From: Balanoglossus misakiensis
Lineage: Eukaryota; Animalia; Hemichordata
Reading direction: 5' to 3'
Assembly: GCA_040954595.2 (NCBI GenBank)
Contig: CM082588.2
Location: forward strand, 8,912,844 to 8,976,843
DNA: 64,000 nucleotides
This document shows positions 41,501-56,500 of the stretch, piece after piece. Made by a program: the position numbers and the translations under genes. The notes below the pieces were generated by a model that worked only from the letters and a program-made list of their open reading frames with translations, ran no database searches and had not been told where the DNA came from. Within the stretch, counting starts at the first letter, position 1. Each line of letters begins with the position of its first letter.

Positions 41501-44500
41501 AAACGACATTATAATTGTAATTTTTATCATTTTCTTAAATCCAATACATTTCAATATCTACGCTGCGTTTTTTATCTGTCGGGTATAAGAAACATGCAGG
41601 GAAACTTGGTCATTTTTTTGTCGCGGTTCACTTGGGCAAGTCTGAATACGGAGTGCTCAGCAGAGAGAAAGATAAACTCGCTAAAACCGTGTCTTTCCCA
41701 CCGCATGACCAACCACGGAGCGAAAAGTCGTTATTTAGGCCGTAATAAAACGTTTTTGTCGCCGAGGAGTGAATAAAGAACGGTCAGATCGTTGCGGTGC
41801 AGGGAACTCTTATTTGCACCGCAGCGGTGCAAATAAGATCATTGGAGTTATGCTGCAATATAGTGCGGAAAATTTCCGACTTTTTCGAGTACACATCGTG
41901 ATGGCGAAGGGTTCAGGAAGGCTAACCTTTTACCTGAAGGTGTCAACTGATGTTGGTTCGAGACCACTTTTTTTCTATTTCTTTTTTTGTGAGAACTTTT
42001 AACGACATTATAATTGTAATTTTTATCATTTTCTTAAATCCAATACATTTCAATATCTACGCTGCGTTTTTTATCTGTCGGGTATAAGAAACATGCAGGG
42101 AAACTTGGTCATTTTTTTGTCGCGGTTCACTTGGGCAAGTCTGAATACGGAGTGCTCAGCAGAGAGAAAGATAAACTCGCTAAAACCGTGTCTTTCCGTC
42201 CGCATGACCAACCACGGAGCGAAAAGTCGTTATTTAGGCCGTAATAAAACGTTTTTGTCGCCGAGGAGTGAATAAAGAACGGTCAGATCGTTGCGGTGCA
42301 GGGAACTCTTATTTGCACCGCTGCGGTGCAATTAAGATCATTGGAGTTATGCTGCAATATAGTGCGGAAAATTTCCGTCTTTTTCGAGTACACATCGTGA
42401 TGGCGAAGGGTTCAGGAAGGCTAACCTTTTACCTGAAGGTGTCAACTGATGTTGGTTCGAGACCACTTTTTTTCTATTTCTTTTTTGTGAGAACTTTTAA
42501 CGACATTATTATTGTAATTTTTATCATTTTCTTAAATCCAATTCATTTCAATATCTACGCTGCGTTTTTTATCTGTCGGGTATAAGAAACATGCAGGGAA
42601 ACTTGGTCATTTTTTTGTCGCGGTTCACTTGGGCAAGTCTGAATACGGAGTGCTCAGCAGAGAGAAAGATAAACTCGCTAAAACCGTGTCTTTCCGTCCG
42701 CATGACCAACCACGGAGCGAAAAGTCGTTATTTAGGCCGTAATAAAACGTTTTTGTCGCCGAGGAGTGAATAAAGAACGGTCAGATCGTTGCGGTGCAGG
42801 GAACTCTTATTTGCACCGCTGCGGTGCAAATAAGATCATTGGAGTTATGCTGCAATATAGTGCGGAAAATTTCCGTCTCTTTCGAGTACACATCGTGATG
42901 GCGAAGGGTTCAGGAAGGCTAACACTTTACCTGAAGGTGTCAACTGATGTTGGTTCGAGACCACTTTTTTTCTATTTCTTTTTTTGTGAGAACTTTTAAC
43001 GACATTATTATTGTAATTTTTATCATTTTCTTAAATCCAATACATTTCAATATCTACGCTGCGTTTTTTATCTGTCGGGTATAAGAAACATGCAGGGAAA
43101 CTTGGTCATTTTTTTGTCGCGGTTCACTTGGGCAAGTCTGAATACGGAGTGCTCAGCAGAGAGAAAGATAAACTCGCTAAAACCGTGTCTTTCCGTCCGC
43201 ATGACCAACCACGGAGCGAAAAGTCGTTATTTAGGCCGTAATAAAACGTTTTTGTCGCCGAGGAGTGAATAAAGAACGGTCAGATCGTTGCGGTGCAGGG
43301 AACTCTTATTTGCACCGCTGCGGTGCAATTAAGATCATTGGAGTTATGCTGCAATATAGTGCGGAAAATTTCCGTCTTTTTCGAGTACACATCGTGATGG
43401 CGAAGGGTTCAGGAAGGCTAACATTTTACCTGAAGGTGTCAACTGATGTTGGTTCGAGACCACTTTTTTTCTATTTCTTTTTTGTGTGAGAACTTTTAAG
43501 ACATTATCATTGTAATTTTTATCATTTTCATAAATCCAATTCATTTCGATATCTACGCTGCGTTTTTAATCTGTCGGGTATAAGAAACATGCAGGGAAAC
43601 TTGGTCATTTTTTTGTCGCGGTTCACTTGGGCAAGTCTGAATACGGAGTGCTCAGCAGAGAGAAAGATAAACTAGCTAAAACCGTGTCTTTCCGTCCGCA
43701 TGACCAACCAAGGAGCGAAAAAGTCGTTATTTAGGCCGTAATAAAACGTTTTTGTCGCCGAGGAGTGAATAAAGAACGGTCAGACCGTTGCGGTGCAGGG
43801 AACTCTTATTTGCACCGCTGCGGTGCAATTAAGATCATTGGAGTTATGCTGCAATATAGTGCGGAAAATTTCCGTCTTTTTCGAGTACACATCGTGTTGG
43901 CGAAGGGTTCAGGAAGGCTAACATTTTACCTGAAGGTGTCAACTGATGTTGGTTCGAGACCACTTTTTTTCTATTTCTTTTTTTGTGAGAACTTTTAACG
44001 ACATTATAATTGTAATTTTTATCATTTTCTTAAATCCAATACATTTCAATATCTACGCTGCGTTTTTTATCTGTCGGGTATAAGAAACATGCAGGGAAAC
44101 TTGGTCATTTTTTTGTCGCGGTTCACTTGGGCAAGTCTGAATACGGAGTGCTCAGCAGAGAGAAAGATAAACTCGCTAAAACCGTGTCTTTCCGTCCGCA
44201 TGACCAACCACGGAGCGAAAAGTCGTTATTTAGGCCGTAATAAAACGTTTTTGTCGCCGAGGAGTGAATAAAGAACGGTCAGATCGTTGCGGTGCAGGGA
44301 ACTCTTATTTGCACCGCTGCGGTGCAATTAAGATCATTGGAGTTATGCTGCAATATAGTGCGGAAAATTTCCGTCTCTTTCGAGTACACATCGTGATGGC
44401 GAAGGGTTCAGGAAGGCTAACATTTTACCTGAAGGTGTCAACTGATGTTGGTTCGAGACCACTTTTTTTCTATTTCTTTTTTGTGAGAACTTTTAACGAC

Positions 44501-47500
44501 ATTATTATTGTAATTTTTATCATTTTCTTAAATCCAATACATTTCAGGTACACATCGTGATGGCGAAGGGTTCAGGAAGGCTAACATTTTACCTGAAGGT
44601 GTCAACTGATGTTGGTTCGAGACCACTTTTTTTCTATTTCTTTTTTTGTGAGAACTTTTAACGACATTATTATTGTAATTTTTATCATTTTCTTAAATCC
44701 AATACATTTCAATATCTACGCTGCGTTTTTTATCTGTCGGGTATAAGAAACATGCAGGGAAACTTGGTCATTTTTTTGTCGCGGTTCACTTGGGCAAGTC
44801 TGAATACGGAGTGCTCAGCAGAGAGAAAGATAAACTCGCTAAAACCGTGTCTTTCCGTCCGCATGACCAACCACGGAGCGAAAAGTCGTTATTTAGGCCG
44901 TAATAAAACGTTTTTGTCGCCGAGGAGTGAATAAAGAACGGTCAGATCGTTGCGGTGCAGGGAACTCTTATTTGCACCGCTGCGGTGCAAATAAGATCAT
45001 TGGAGTTATGCTGCAATATAGTGCGGAAAATTTCCGTCTCTTTCGAGTACACATCGTGATGGCGAAGGGTTCAGGAAGGCTAACATTTTACCTGAAGGTG
45101 TCAACTGATGTTGGTTCGAGACCACTTTTTTTCTATTTCTTTTTTGTGTGAGAACTTTTAAGACATTATCATTGTAATTTTTATCATTTTCATAAATCCA
45201 ATTCATTTCGATATCTACGCTGCGTTTTTAATCTGTCGGGTATAAGAAACATGCAGGGAAACTTGGTCATTTTTTTGTCGCGGTTCACTTGGGCAAGTCT
45301 GAATACGGAGTGCTCAGCAGAGAGAAAGATAAACTAGCTAAAACCGTGTCTTTCCGTCCGCATGACCAACCAAGGAGCGAAAAAGTCGTTATTTAGGCCG
45401 TAATAAAACGTTTTTGTCGCCGAGGAGTGAATAAAGAACGGTCAGATCGTTGCGGTGCAGGGAACTCTTATTTGCACCGCTGCGGTGCAATTAAGATCAT
45501 TGGAGTTATGCTGCAATATAGTGCGGAAAATTTCCGTCTTTTTCGAGTACACATCGTGTTGGCGAAGGGTTCAGGAAGGCTAACATTTTACCTGAAGGTG
45601 TCAACTGATGTTGGTTCGAGACCACTTTTTTTCTATTTCTTTTTTTGTGAGAACTTTTAACGACATTATAATTGTAATTTTTATCATTTTCTTAAATCCA
45701 ATACATTTCAATATCTACGCTGCGTTTTTTATCTGTCGGGTATAAGAAACATGCAGGGAAACTTGGTCATTTTTTTGTCGCGGTTCACTTGGGCAAGTCT
45801 GAATACGGAGTGCTCAGCAGAGAGAAAGATAAACTCGCTAAAACCGTGTCTTTCCGTCCGCATGACCAACCACGGAGCGAAAAGTCGTTATTTAGGCCGT
45901 AATAAAACGTTTTTGTCGCCGAGGAGTGAATAAAGAACGGTCAGATCGTTGCGGTGCAGGGAACTCTTATTTGCACCGCTGCGGTGCAATTAAGATCATT
46001 GGAGTTATGCTGCAATATAGTGCGGAAAATTTCCGTCTCTTTCGAGTACACATCGTGATGGCGAAGGGTTCAGGAAGGCTAACATTTTACCTGAAGGTGT
46101 CAACTGATGTTGGTTCGAGACCACTTTTTTTCTATTTCTTTTTTGTGAGAACTTTTAACGACATTATTATTGTAATTTTTATCATTTTCTTAAATCCAAT
46201 ACATTTCAGGTACACATCGTGATGGCGAAGGGTTCAGGAAGGCTAACATTTTACCTGAAGGTGTCAACTGATGTTGGTTCGAGACCACTTTTTTTCTATT
46301 TCTTTTTTTGTGAGAACTTTTAACGACATTATTATTGTAATTTTTATCATTTTCTTAAATCCAATACATTTCAATATCTACGCTGCGTTTTTTATCTGTC
46401 GGGTATAAGAAACATGCAGGGAAACTTGGTCATTTTTTTGTCGCGGTTCACTTGGGCAAGTCTGAATACGGAGTGCTCAGCAGAGAGAAAGATAAACTCG
46501 CTAAAACCGTGTCTTTCCGTCCGCATGACCAACCACGGAGCGAAAAGTCGTTATTTAGGCCGTAATAAAACGTTTTTGTCGCCGAGGAGTGAATAAAGAA
46601 CGGTCAGATCGTTGCGGTGCAGGGAACTCTTATTTGCACCGCTGCGGTGCAAATAAGATCATTGGAGTTATGCTGCAATATAGTGCGGAAAATTTCCGTC
46701 TCTTTCGAGTACACATCGTGATGGCGAAGGGTTCAGGAAGGCTAACATTTTACCTGAAGGTGTCAACTGATGTTGGTTCGAGACCACTTTTTTTCTATTT
46801 CTTTTTTGTGTGAGAACTTTTAAGACATTATCATTGTAATTTTTATCATTTTCATAAATCCAATTCATTTCGATATCTACGCTGCGTTTTTAATCTGTCG
46901 GGTATAAGAAACATGCAGGGAAACTTGGTCATTTTTTTGTCGCGGTTCACTTGGGCAAGTCTGAATACGGAGTGCTCAGCAGAGAGAAAGATAAACTAGC
47001 TAAAACCGTGTCTTTCCGTCCGCATGACCAACCAAGGAGCGAAAAAGTCGTTATTTAGGCCGTAATAAAACGTTTTTGTCGCCGAGGAGTGAATAAAGAA
47101 CGGTCAGATCGTTGCGGTGCAGGGAACTCTTATCTGCACCGCTGCGGTGCAAATAAGATCATTGGAGTTATGCTGCAATATAGTGCGGAAAATTTCCGTC
47201 TTTTTCGAGTACACATCGTGATGGCGAAGGGTTCAGGAAGGCTAACCTTTTACCTGAAGGTGTCAACTGATGTTGGTTCGAGACCACTTTTTTCTATTTC
47301 TTTTTTTGTGAGAACTTTTAACGACATTATTATTGTAATTTTTATCATTTTCTTAAATCCAATTCATTTCAATATCTACGCTGCGTTTTTTATCTGTCGG
47401 GTATAAGAAACATGCAGGGAAACTTGGTCATTTTTTTGTCGCGGTTCACTTGGGCAAGTCAGAATACGGAGTGGTCAGCAGAGAGAAAGATAAACTCGCT

Positions 47501-50500
47501 AAAACGGTACCGTGTCTTTCCGTCCGCATGACCAACCAAGGAGCGAAAAGTCGTTATTTAGGGCGTAATAAAACGTTTTTGTCGCCGAGGAGTGAATAAA
47601 GAACGGTCAGATCGTTGCGGTGCAGGGAACTCTTATTTGCACCGCTGCGGTGCAAATAAGATCATTGGAGTTATGCTGCAATATAGTGCGGAAAATTTCC
47701 GTCTCTTTCGAGTACACATCGTGATGGCGAAGGGTTCAGGAAGGCTAACATTTTACCTGAAGGTGTCAACTGATGTTGGTTCGAGACCACTTTTTTTCTA
47801 TTTCTTTTTTTGTGAGAACTTTTAACGACATTATTATTGTAATTTTTATCATTTTCTTAAATCCAATACATTTCAATATCTACGCTGCGTTTTTTATCTG
47901 TCGGGTATAAGAAACATGCAGGGAAACTTGGTCATTTTTTTGTCGCGGTTCACTTGGGCAAGTCTGAATACGGAGTGCTCAGCAGAGAGAAAGATAAACT
48001 CGCTAAAACCGTGTCTTTCCGTCCGCATGACCAACCACGGAGCGAAAAGTCGTTATTTAGGCCGTAATAAAACGTTTTTGTCGCCGAGGAGTGAATAAAG
48101 AACGGTCAGATCGTTGCGGTGCAGGGAACTCTTATTTGCACCGCTGCGGTGCAAATAAGATCATTGGAGTTATGCTGCAATATAGTGCGGAAAATTTCCG
48201 TCTCTTTCGAGTACACATCGTGATGGCGAAGGGTTCAGGAAGGCTAACATTTTACCTGAAGGTGTCAACTGATGTTGGTTCGAGACCACTTTTTTTCTAT
48301 TTCTTTTTTGTGTGAGAACTTTTAAGACATTATCATTGTAATTTTTATCATTTTCATAAATCCAATTCATTTCGATATCTACGCTGCGTTTTTAATCTGT
48401 CGGGTATAAGAAACATGCAGGGAAACTTGGTCATTTTTTTGTCGCGGTTCACTTGGGCAAGTCTGAATACGGAGTGCTCAGCAGAGAGAAAGATAAACTA
48501 GCTAAAACCGTGTCTTTCCGTCCGCATGACCAACCAAGGAGCGAAAAAGTCGTTATTTAGGCCGTAATAAAACGTTTTTGTCGCCGAGGAGTGAATAAAG
48601 AACGGTCAGATCGTTGCGGTGCAGGGAACTCTTATTTGCACCGCTGCGGTGCAAATAAGATCATTGGAGTTATGCTGCAATATAGTGCGGAAAATTTCCG
48701 TCTTTTTCGAGTACACATCGTGATGGCGAAGGGTTCAGGAAGGCTAACCTTTTACCTGAAGGTGTCAACTGATGTTGGTTCGAGACCACTTTTTTCTATT
48801 TCTTTTTTTGTGAGAACTTTTAACGACATTATTATTGTAATTTTTATCATTTTCTTAAATCCAATTCATTTCAATATCAACGCTGCGTTTTTTATCTGTC
48901 GGGTATAAGAAACATGCAGGGAAACTTGGTCATTTTTTTGTCGCGGTTCACTTGGGCAAGTCTGAATACGGAGTGGTCAGCAGAGAGAAAGATAAACTCG
49001 CTAAAACGGTACCGTGTCTTTCCGTCCGCATGACCAACCAAGGAGCGAAAAGTCGTTATTTAGGGCGTAATAAAACGTTTTTGTCGCCGAGGAGTGAATA
49101 AAGAACGGTCAGATCGTTGCGGTGCAGGGAACTCTCATTTGCACCGCTGCGGTGCAAATAAGATCATTGGAGTTATGCTGCAATATAGTGCGGAAAATTT
49201 CCGTCTTTTTCGAGTACACATCGTGATGGCGAAGGGTTCAGGAAGGCTAACCTTTTACCTGAAGGTGTCAACTGATGTTGGTTCGAGACCACTTTTTTCT
49301 ATTTCTTTTTTGTGTGAGAACTTTTAAGGCATTATCATTGTAATTTTTATCATTTTCATAAATCCAATTCATTTCGATATCTACGCTGCGTTTTTAATCT
49401 GTCGGGTATAAGAAACATGCAGGGAAACTTGGTCATTTTTTTGTCGCGGTTCACTTGGGCAAGTCTGAATACGGAGTGCTCAGCAGAGAGAAAGATAAAC
49501 TCGCTAAAACCGTGTCTTTCCGTCCGCATGACCAACCAAGGAGCGAAAAAGTCGTTATTTAGGCCGTAATAAAACGTTTTTGTCGCCGAGGAGTGAATAA
49601 AGAACGGTCAGATCGTTGCGGTGCAGGGAACTCTTATCTGCACCGCTGCGGTGCAAATAAGATCATTGGAGTTATGCTGCAATATAGTGCGGAAAATTTC
49701 CGTCTTTTTCGAGTACACATCGTGATGGCGAAGGGTTCAGGAAGGCTAACCTTTTACCTGAAGGTGTCAACTGATGTTGGTTCGAGACCACTTTTTTCTA
49801 TTTCTTTTTTGTGTGAGAACTTTTAAGGCATTATCATTGTAATTTTTATCATTTTCATAAATCCAATTCATTTCGATATCTACGCTGCGTTTTTAATCTG
49901 TCGGGTATAAGAAACATGCAGGGAAACTTGGTCATTTTTTTGTCGCGGTTCACTTGGGCAAGTCTGAATACGGAGTGCTCAGCAGAGAGAAAGATAAACT
50001 CGCTAAAACCGTGTCTTTCCGTCCGCATGACCAACCAAGGAGCGAAAAAGTCGTTATTTAGGCCGTAATAAAACGTTTTTGTCGCCGAGGAGTGAATAAA
50101 GAACGGTCAGATCGTTGCGGTGCAGGGAACTCTTATCTGCACCGCTGCGGTGCAAATAAGATCATTGGAGTTATGCTGCAATATAGTGCGGAAAATTTCC
50201 GTCTTTTTCGAGTACACATCGTGATGGCGAAGGGTTCAGGAAGGCTAACCTTTTACCTGAAGGTGTCAACTGATGTTGGTTCGAGACCACTTTTTTTCTA
50301 TTTCTTTTTTGTGAGAACTTTTAACGACATTATTATTGTAATTTTTATCATTTTCTTAAATCCAATACATTTCAATATCTAAGCTGCGTTTTTTATCTGT
50401 CGGGTATAAGAAACATGCAGGGAAACTTGGTCATTTTTTTGTCGCGGTTCACTTTGGCAAGTCTGAATACGGAGTGCTCAGCAGAGAGAAAGATAAACTA

Positions 50501-53500
50501 GCTAAAGCCGTGTCTTTCCGTCCGCATGACCAACCAAGGAGCGAAAAAGTCGTTATTTAGGCCGTAATAAAACGTTTTTGTCGCCGAGGAGTGAATAAAG
50601 AACGGTCAGATCGTTGCGGTGCAGGGAACTCTTATCGGCACCGCTGCGGTGCAAATAAGATCATTGGAGTTATGCTGCAATATAGTGCGGAAAATTTCCG
50701 TCTTTTTCGAGTACACATCGTGATGGCGAAGGGTTCAGGAAGGCTAACCTTTTACCTGAAGGTGTCAACTGATGTTGGTTCGAGACCACTTTTTTCTATT
50801 TCTTTTTTTGTGAGAACTTTTAACGACATTATTATTGTAATTTTTATCATTTTCTTAAATCCAATTCATTTCAATATCAACGCTGCGTTTTTTATCTGTC
50901 GGGTATAAGAAACATGCAGGGAAACTTGGTCATTTTTTTGTTGCGGTTCACTTGGGCAAGTCTGAATACGGAGTGGTCAGCAGAGAGAAAGATAAACTCG
51001 CTAAAACGGTACCGTGTCTTTCCGTCCGCATGACCAACCACGGAGCGAAAAGTCGTTATTTAGGCCGTAATAAAACGTTTTTGTCGCCGAGGAGTGAATA
51101 AAGAACGGTCAGATCGTTGCGGTGCAGGGAACTCTTATTTGCACCGCTGCGGTGCAAATAAGATCATTGGAGTTATGCTGCAATATAGTGCGGAAAATTT
51201 CCGTCTCTTTCGAGTACACATCGTGATGGCGAAGGGTTCAGGAAGGCTAACATTTTACCTGAAGGTGTCAACTGATGTTGGTTCGGGACCACTTTTTTTC
51301 TATTTCTTTTTTGTGTGAGAACTTTTAAGACATTATTATTGTAATTTTTATCATTTTCATAAATCCAATTCATTTCGATATCTACGCTGCGTTTTTAATC
51401 TGTCGGGTATAAGAAACATGCAGGGAAACTTGGTCATTTTTTTGTCGCGGTTCACTTGGGCAAGTCTGAATACGGAGTGCTCAGCAGAGAGAAAGATAAA
51501 CTCGCTAAAACCGTGTCTTTCCGTCCGCATGACCAACCAAGGAGCGAAAAAGTCGTTATTTAGGCCGTAATAAAACGTTTTTGTCGCCGAGGAGTAAATA
51601 AAAAGAACGGTCAGATCGTTGCGGTGCAGGGAACTCTTATCTGCACCGCTGCGGTGCAAATAAGATCATTGGAGTTATGCTGCAATATAGTGCGGAAAAT
51701 TTCCGTCTTTTTCGAGTACACATCGTGATGGCGAAGGGTTCAGGAAGGCTAACCTTTTACCTGAAGGTGTCAACTGATGTTGGTTCGAGACCACTTTTTT
51801 CTATTTCTTTTTTTGTGAGAACTTTTAACATTATTATTGTAATTTTTATCATTTTCTTAAATCCAATTCATTTCAATATCTACGCTGCGTTTTTTATCTG
51901 TCGGGTATAAGAAACATGCAGGGAAACTTGGTCATTTTTTTGTCGCGGTTCACTTGGGCAAGTCAGAATACGGAGTGGTCAGCAGAGAGAAAGATAAACT
52001 CGCTAAAACGGTACCGTGTCTTTCCGTCCGCATGACCAACCAAGGAGCGAAAAGTCGTTATTTAGGGCGTAATAAAACGTTTTTGTCGCCGAGGAGTGAA
52101 TAAAGAACGGTCAGATCGTTGCGGTGCAGGGAACTCTTATTTGCACCGCTGCGGTGCAAATAAGATCATTGGAGTTATGCTGCAATATAGTGCGGAAAAT
52201 TTCCGTCTTTTTCGAGTACACATCGTGATGGCGAAGGGTTCAGGAAGGCTAACCTTTTACCTGAAGGTGTCAACTGATGTTGGTTCGAGACCACTTTTTT
52301 CTATTTCTTTTTTGTGAGAACTTTTAACGACATTATTATTGTAATTTTTATCATTTTCTTAAATCCAATTCATTTCAATATCTACGCTGCGTTTTTTATC
52401 TGTCGGGTATAAGAAACATGCAGGGAAACTTGGTCATTTTTTTGTCGCGGTTCACTTGGGCAAGTCTGAATACGGAGTGGTCAGCAGAGAGAAAGATAAA
52501 CTCGCTAAAACGGTACCGTGTCTTTCCGTCCGCATGACCAACCAAGGAGCGAAAAGTCGTTATTTAGGGCGTAATAAAACGTTTTTGACGCCGAGGAGTG
52601 AATAAAGAACGGTCAGATCGTTGCGGTGCAGGGAACTCTCATTTGCACCGCTGCGGTGCAAATAAGATCATTGGAGTTATGCTGCAATATAGTGCGGAAA
52701 ATTTCCGTCTTTTTCGAGTACACATCGTGATGGCGAAGGGTTCAGGAAGGCTAACCTTTTACCTGAAGGTGTCAACTGATGTTGGTTCGAGACCACTTTT
52801 TTCTATTTCTTTTTTTGTGAGAACTTTTAACATTATTATTGTAATTTTTATCATTTTCTTAAATCCAATTCATTTCAATATCAACGCTGCGTTTTTTATC
52901 TGTCGGGTATAAGAAACATGCAGGGAAACTTGGTCATTTTTTTGTTGCGGTTCACTTGGGCAAGTCTGAATACGGAGTGGTCAGCAGAGAGAAAGATAAA
53001 CTCGCTAAAACGGTACCGTGTCTTTCCGTCCGCATGACCAACCACGGAGCGAAAAGTCGTTATTTAGGCCGTAATAAAACGTTTTTGTCGCCGAGGAGTG
53101 AATAAAGAACGGTCAGATCGTTGCGGTGCAGGGAACTCTTATTTGCACCGCTGCGGTGCAAATAAGATCATTGGAGTTATGCTGCAATATAGTGCGGAAA
53201 ATTTCCGTCTCTTTCGAGTACACATCGTGATGGCGAAGGGTTCAGGAAGGCTAACATTTTACCTGAAGGTGTCAACTGATGTTGGTTCGAGACCACTTTT
53301 TTTCTATTTCTTTTTTGTGTGAGAACTTTTAAGACATTATTATTGTAATTTTTATCATTTTCATAAATCCAATTCATTTCGATATCTACGCTGCGTTTTT
53401 AATCTGTCGGGTATAAGAAACATGCAGGGAAACTTGGTCATTTTTTTGTCGCGGTTCACTTGGGCAAGTCTGAATACGGAGTGCTCAGCAGAGAGAAAGA

Positions 53501-56500
53501 TAAACTATCTAAAACCGTGTCTTTCCGTCCGCATGACCAACCAAGGAGCGAAAAAGTCGTTATTTAGGCCGTAATAAAACGTTTTTGTCGCCGAGGAGTG
53601 AATAAAGAACGGTCAGATAGTTGCGGTGCAGGGAACTCTTATTTGCACCGCTGCGGTGCAAATAAGATCATTGGAGTTATGCTGCAATATAGTGCGGAAA
53701 ATTTCCGTCTTTTTCGAGTACACATCGTGATGGCGAAGGGTTCAGGAAGGCTAACCTTTTACCTGAAGGTGTCAACTGATGTTGGTTCGAGACCACTTTT
53801 TTCTATTTCTTTTTTGTGAGAACTTTTAACGACATTATTATTGTAATTTTTATCATTTTCTTAAATCCAATTCATTTCAATATCTACGCTGCGTTTTTTA
53901 TCTGTCGGGTATAAGAAACATGCAGGGAAACTTGGTCATTTTTTTGTCGCGGTTCACTTGGGCAAGTCTGAATACGGAGTGGTCAGCAGAGAGAAAGATA
54001 AACTCGCTAAAACGGTACCGTGTCTTTCCGTCCGCATGACCAACCAAGGAGCGAAAAGTCGTTATTTAGGCCGTAATAAAACGTTTTTGTCGCCGAGGAG
54101 TGAATAAAGAACGGTCAGATCGTTGCGGTGCAGGGAACTCTTATTTGCACCGCTGCGGTGCAAATAAGATCATTGGAGTTATGCTGCAATATAGTGCGGA
54201 AAATTTCCGTCTTTTTCGAGTACACATCGTGATGGCGAAGGGTTCAGGAAGGCTAACCTTTTACCTGAAGGTGTCAACTGATGTTGGTTCGAGACCACTT
54301 TTTTCTATTTCTTTTTTGTGAGAACTTTTAACGACATTATTATTGTAATTTTTATCATTTTCTTAAATCCAATTCATTTCAATATCTACGCTGCGTTTTT
54401 TATCTGTCGGGTATAAGAAACATGCAGGGAAACTTGGTCATTTTTTTGTCGCGGTTCACTTGGGCAAGTCTGAATACGGAGTGGTCAGCAGAGAGAAAGA
54501 TAAACTCGCTAAAACGGTACCGTGTCTTTCCGTCCGCATGACCAACCAAGGAGCGAAAAGTCGTTATTTAGGCCGTAATAAAACGTTTTTGACGCCGAGG
54601 AGTGAATAAAGAACGGTCAGATCGTTGCGGTGCAGGGAACTCTCATTTGCACCGCTGCGGTGCAAATAAGATCATTGGAGTTATGCTGCAATATAGTGCG
54701 GAAAATTTCCGTCTTTTTCGAGTACACATCGTGATGGCGAAGGGTTCAGGAAGGCTAACCTTTTACCTGAAGGTGTCAACTGATGTTGGTTCGAGACCAC
54801 TTTTTTCTATTTCTTTTTTGTGTGAGAACTTTTAAGGCATTATCATTGTAATTTTTATCATTTTCATAAATCCAATTCATTTCGATATCTACGCTGCGTT
54901 TTTAATCTGTCGGGTATAAGAAACATGCAGGGAAACTTGGTCATTTTTTTGTCGCGGTTCACTTGGGCAAGTCTGAATACGGAGTGCTCAGCAGAGAGAA
55001 AGATAAACTCGCTAAAACCGTGTCTTTCCGTCCGCATGACCAACCAAGGAGCGAAAAAGTCGTTATTTAGGCCGTAATAAAACGTTTTTGTCGCCGAGGA
55101 GTGAATAAAGAACGGTCAGATCGTTGCGGTGCAGGGAACTCTTATCTGCACCGCTGCGGTGCAAATAAGATCATTGGAGTTATGCTGCAATATAGTGCGG
55201 AAAATTTCCGTCTTTTTCGAGTACACATCGTGATGGCGAAGGGTTCAGGAAGGCTAACCTTTTACCTGAAGGTGTCAACTGATGTTGGTTCGAGACCACT
55301 TTTTTTCTATTTCTTTTTTGTGAGAACTTTTAACGACATTATTATTGTAATTTTTATCATTTTCTTAAATCCAATACATTTCAATATCTACGCTGCGTTT
55401 TTTATCTGTCGGGTATAAGAAACATGCAGGGAAACTTGGTCATTTTTTGTCGCGGTTCACTTGGGCAAGTCTGAATACGGAGTGGTCAGCAGAGAGAAAG
55501 ATAAACTCGCTAAAACGGTACCGTGTCTTTCCGTCCGCATGACCAACCAAGGAGCGAAAAGTCGTTATTTAGGGCGTAATAAAACGTTTTTGTCGCCGAG
55601 GAGTGAATAAAGAACGGTCAGATCGTTGCGGTGCAGGGAACTCTTATTTGCACCGCTGCGGTGCAAATAAGATCATTGGAGTTATGCTGCAATATAGTGC
55701 GGAAAATTTCCGTCTTTTTCGAGTACACATCGTGATGGCGAAGGGTTCAGGAAGGCTAACCTTTTACCTGAAGGTGTCAACTGATGTTGGTTCGAGACCA
55801 CTTTTTTCTATTTCTTTTTTGTGAGAACTTTTAAGGCATTATCATTGTAATTTTTATCATTTTCATAAATCCAATTCATTTCGATATCTACGCTGCGTTT
55901 TTAATCTGTCGGGTATAAGAAACATGCAGGGAAACTTGGTCATTTTTTTGTCGCGGTTCACTTGGGCAAGTCTGAATACGGAGTGCTCAGCAGAGAGAAA
56001 GATAAACTCGCTAAAACCGTGTCTTTCCGTCCGCATGACCAACCAAGGAGCGAAAAAGTCGTTATTTAGGCCGTAATAAAACGTTTTTGTCGCCGAGGAG
56101 TGAATAAAGAACGGTCAGATCGTTGCGGTGCAGGGAACTCTTATCTGCACCGCTGCGGTGCAAATAAGATCATTGGAGTTATGCTGCAATATAGTGCGGA
56201 AAATTTCGGTCTTTTTCGAGTACACATCGTGATGGCGAAGGGTTCAGGAAGGCTAACCTTTTACCTGAAGGTGTCAACTGATGTTGGTTCGAGACCACTT
56301 TTTTTCTATTTCTTTTTTGTGAGAACTTTTAACGACATTATTATTGTAATTTTTATCATTTTCTTAAATCCAATACATTTCAATATCTACGCTGCGTTTT
56401 TTATCTGTCGGGTATAAGAAACATGCAGGGAAACTTGGTCATTTTTTTGTCGCGGTTCACTTGGGCAAGTCTGAATACGGAGTGCTCAGCAGAGAGAAAG

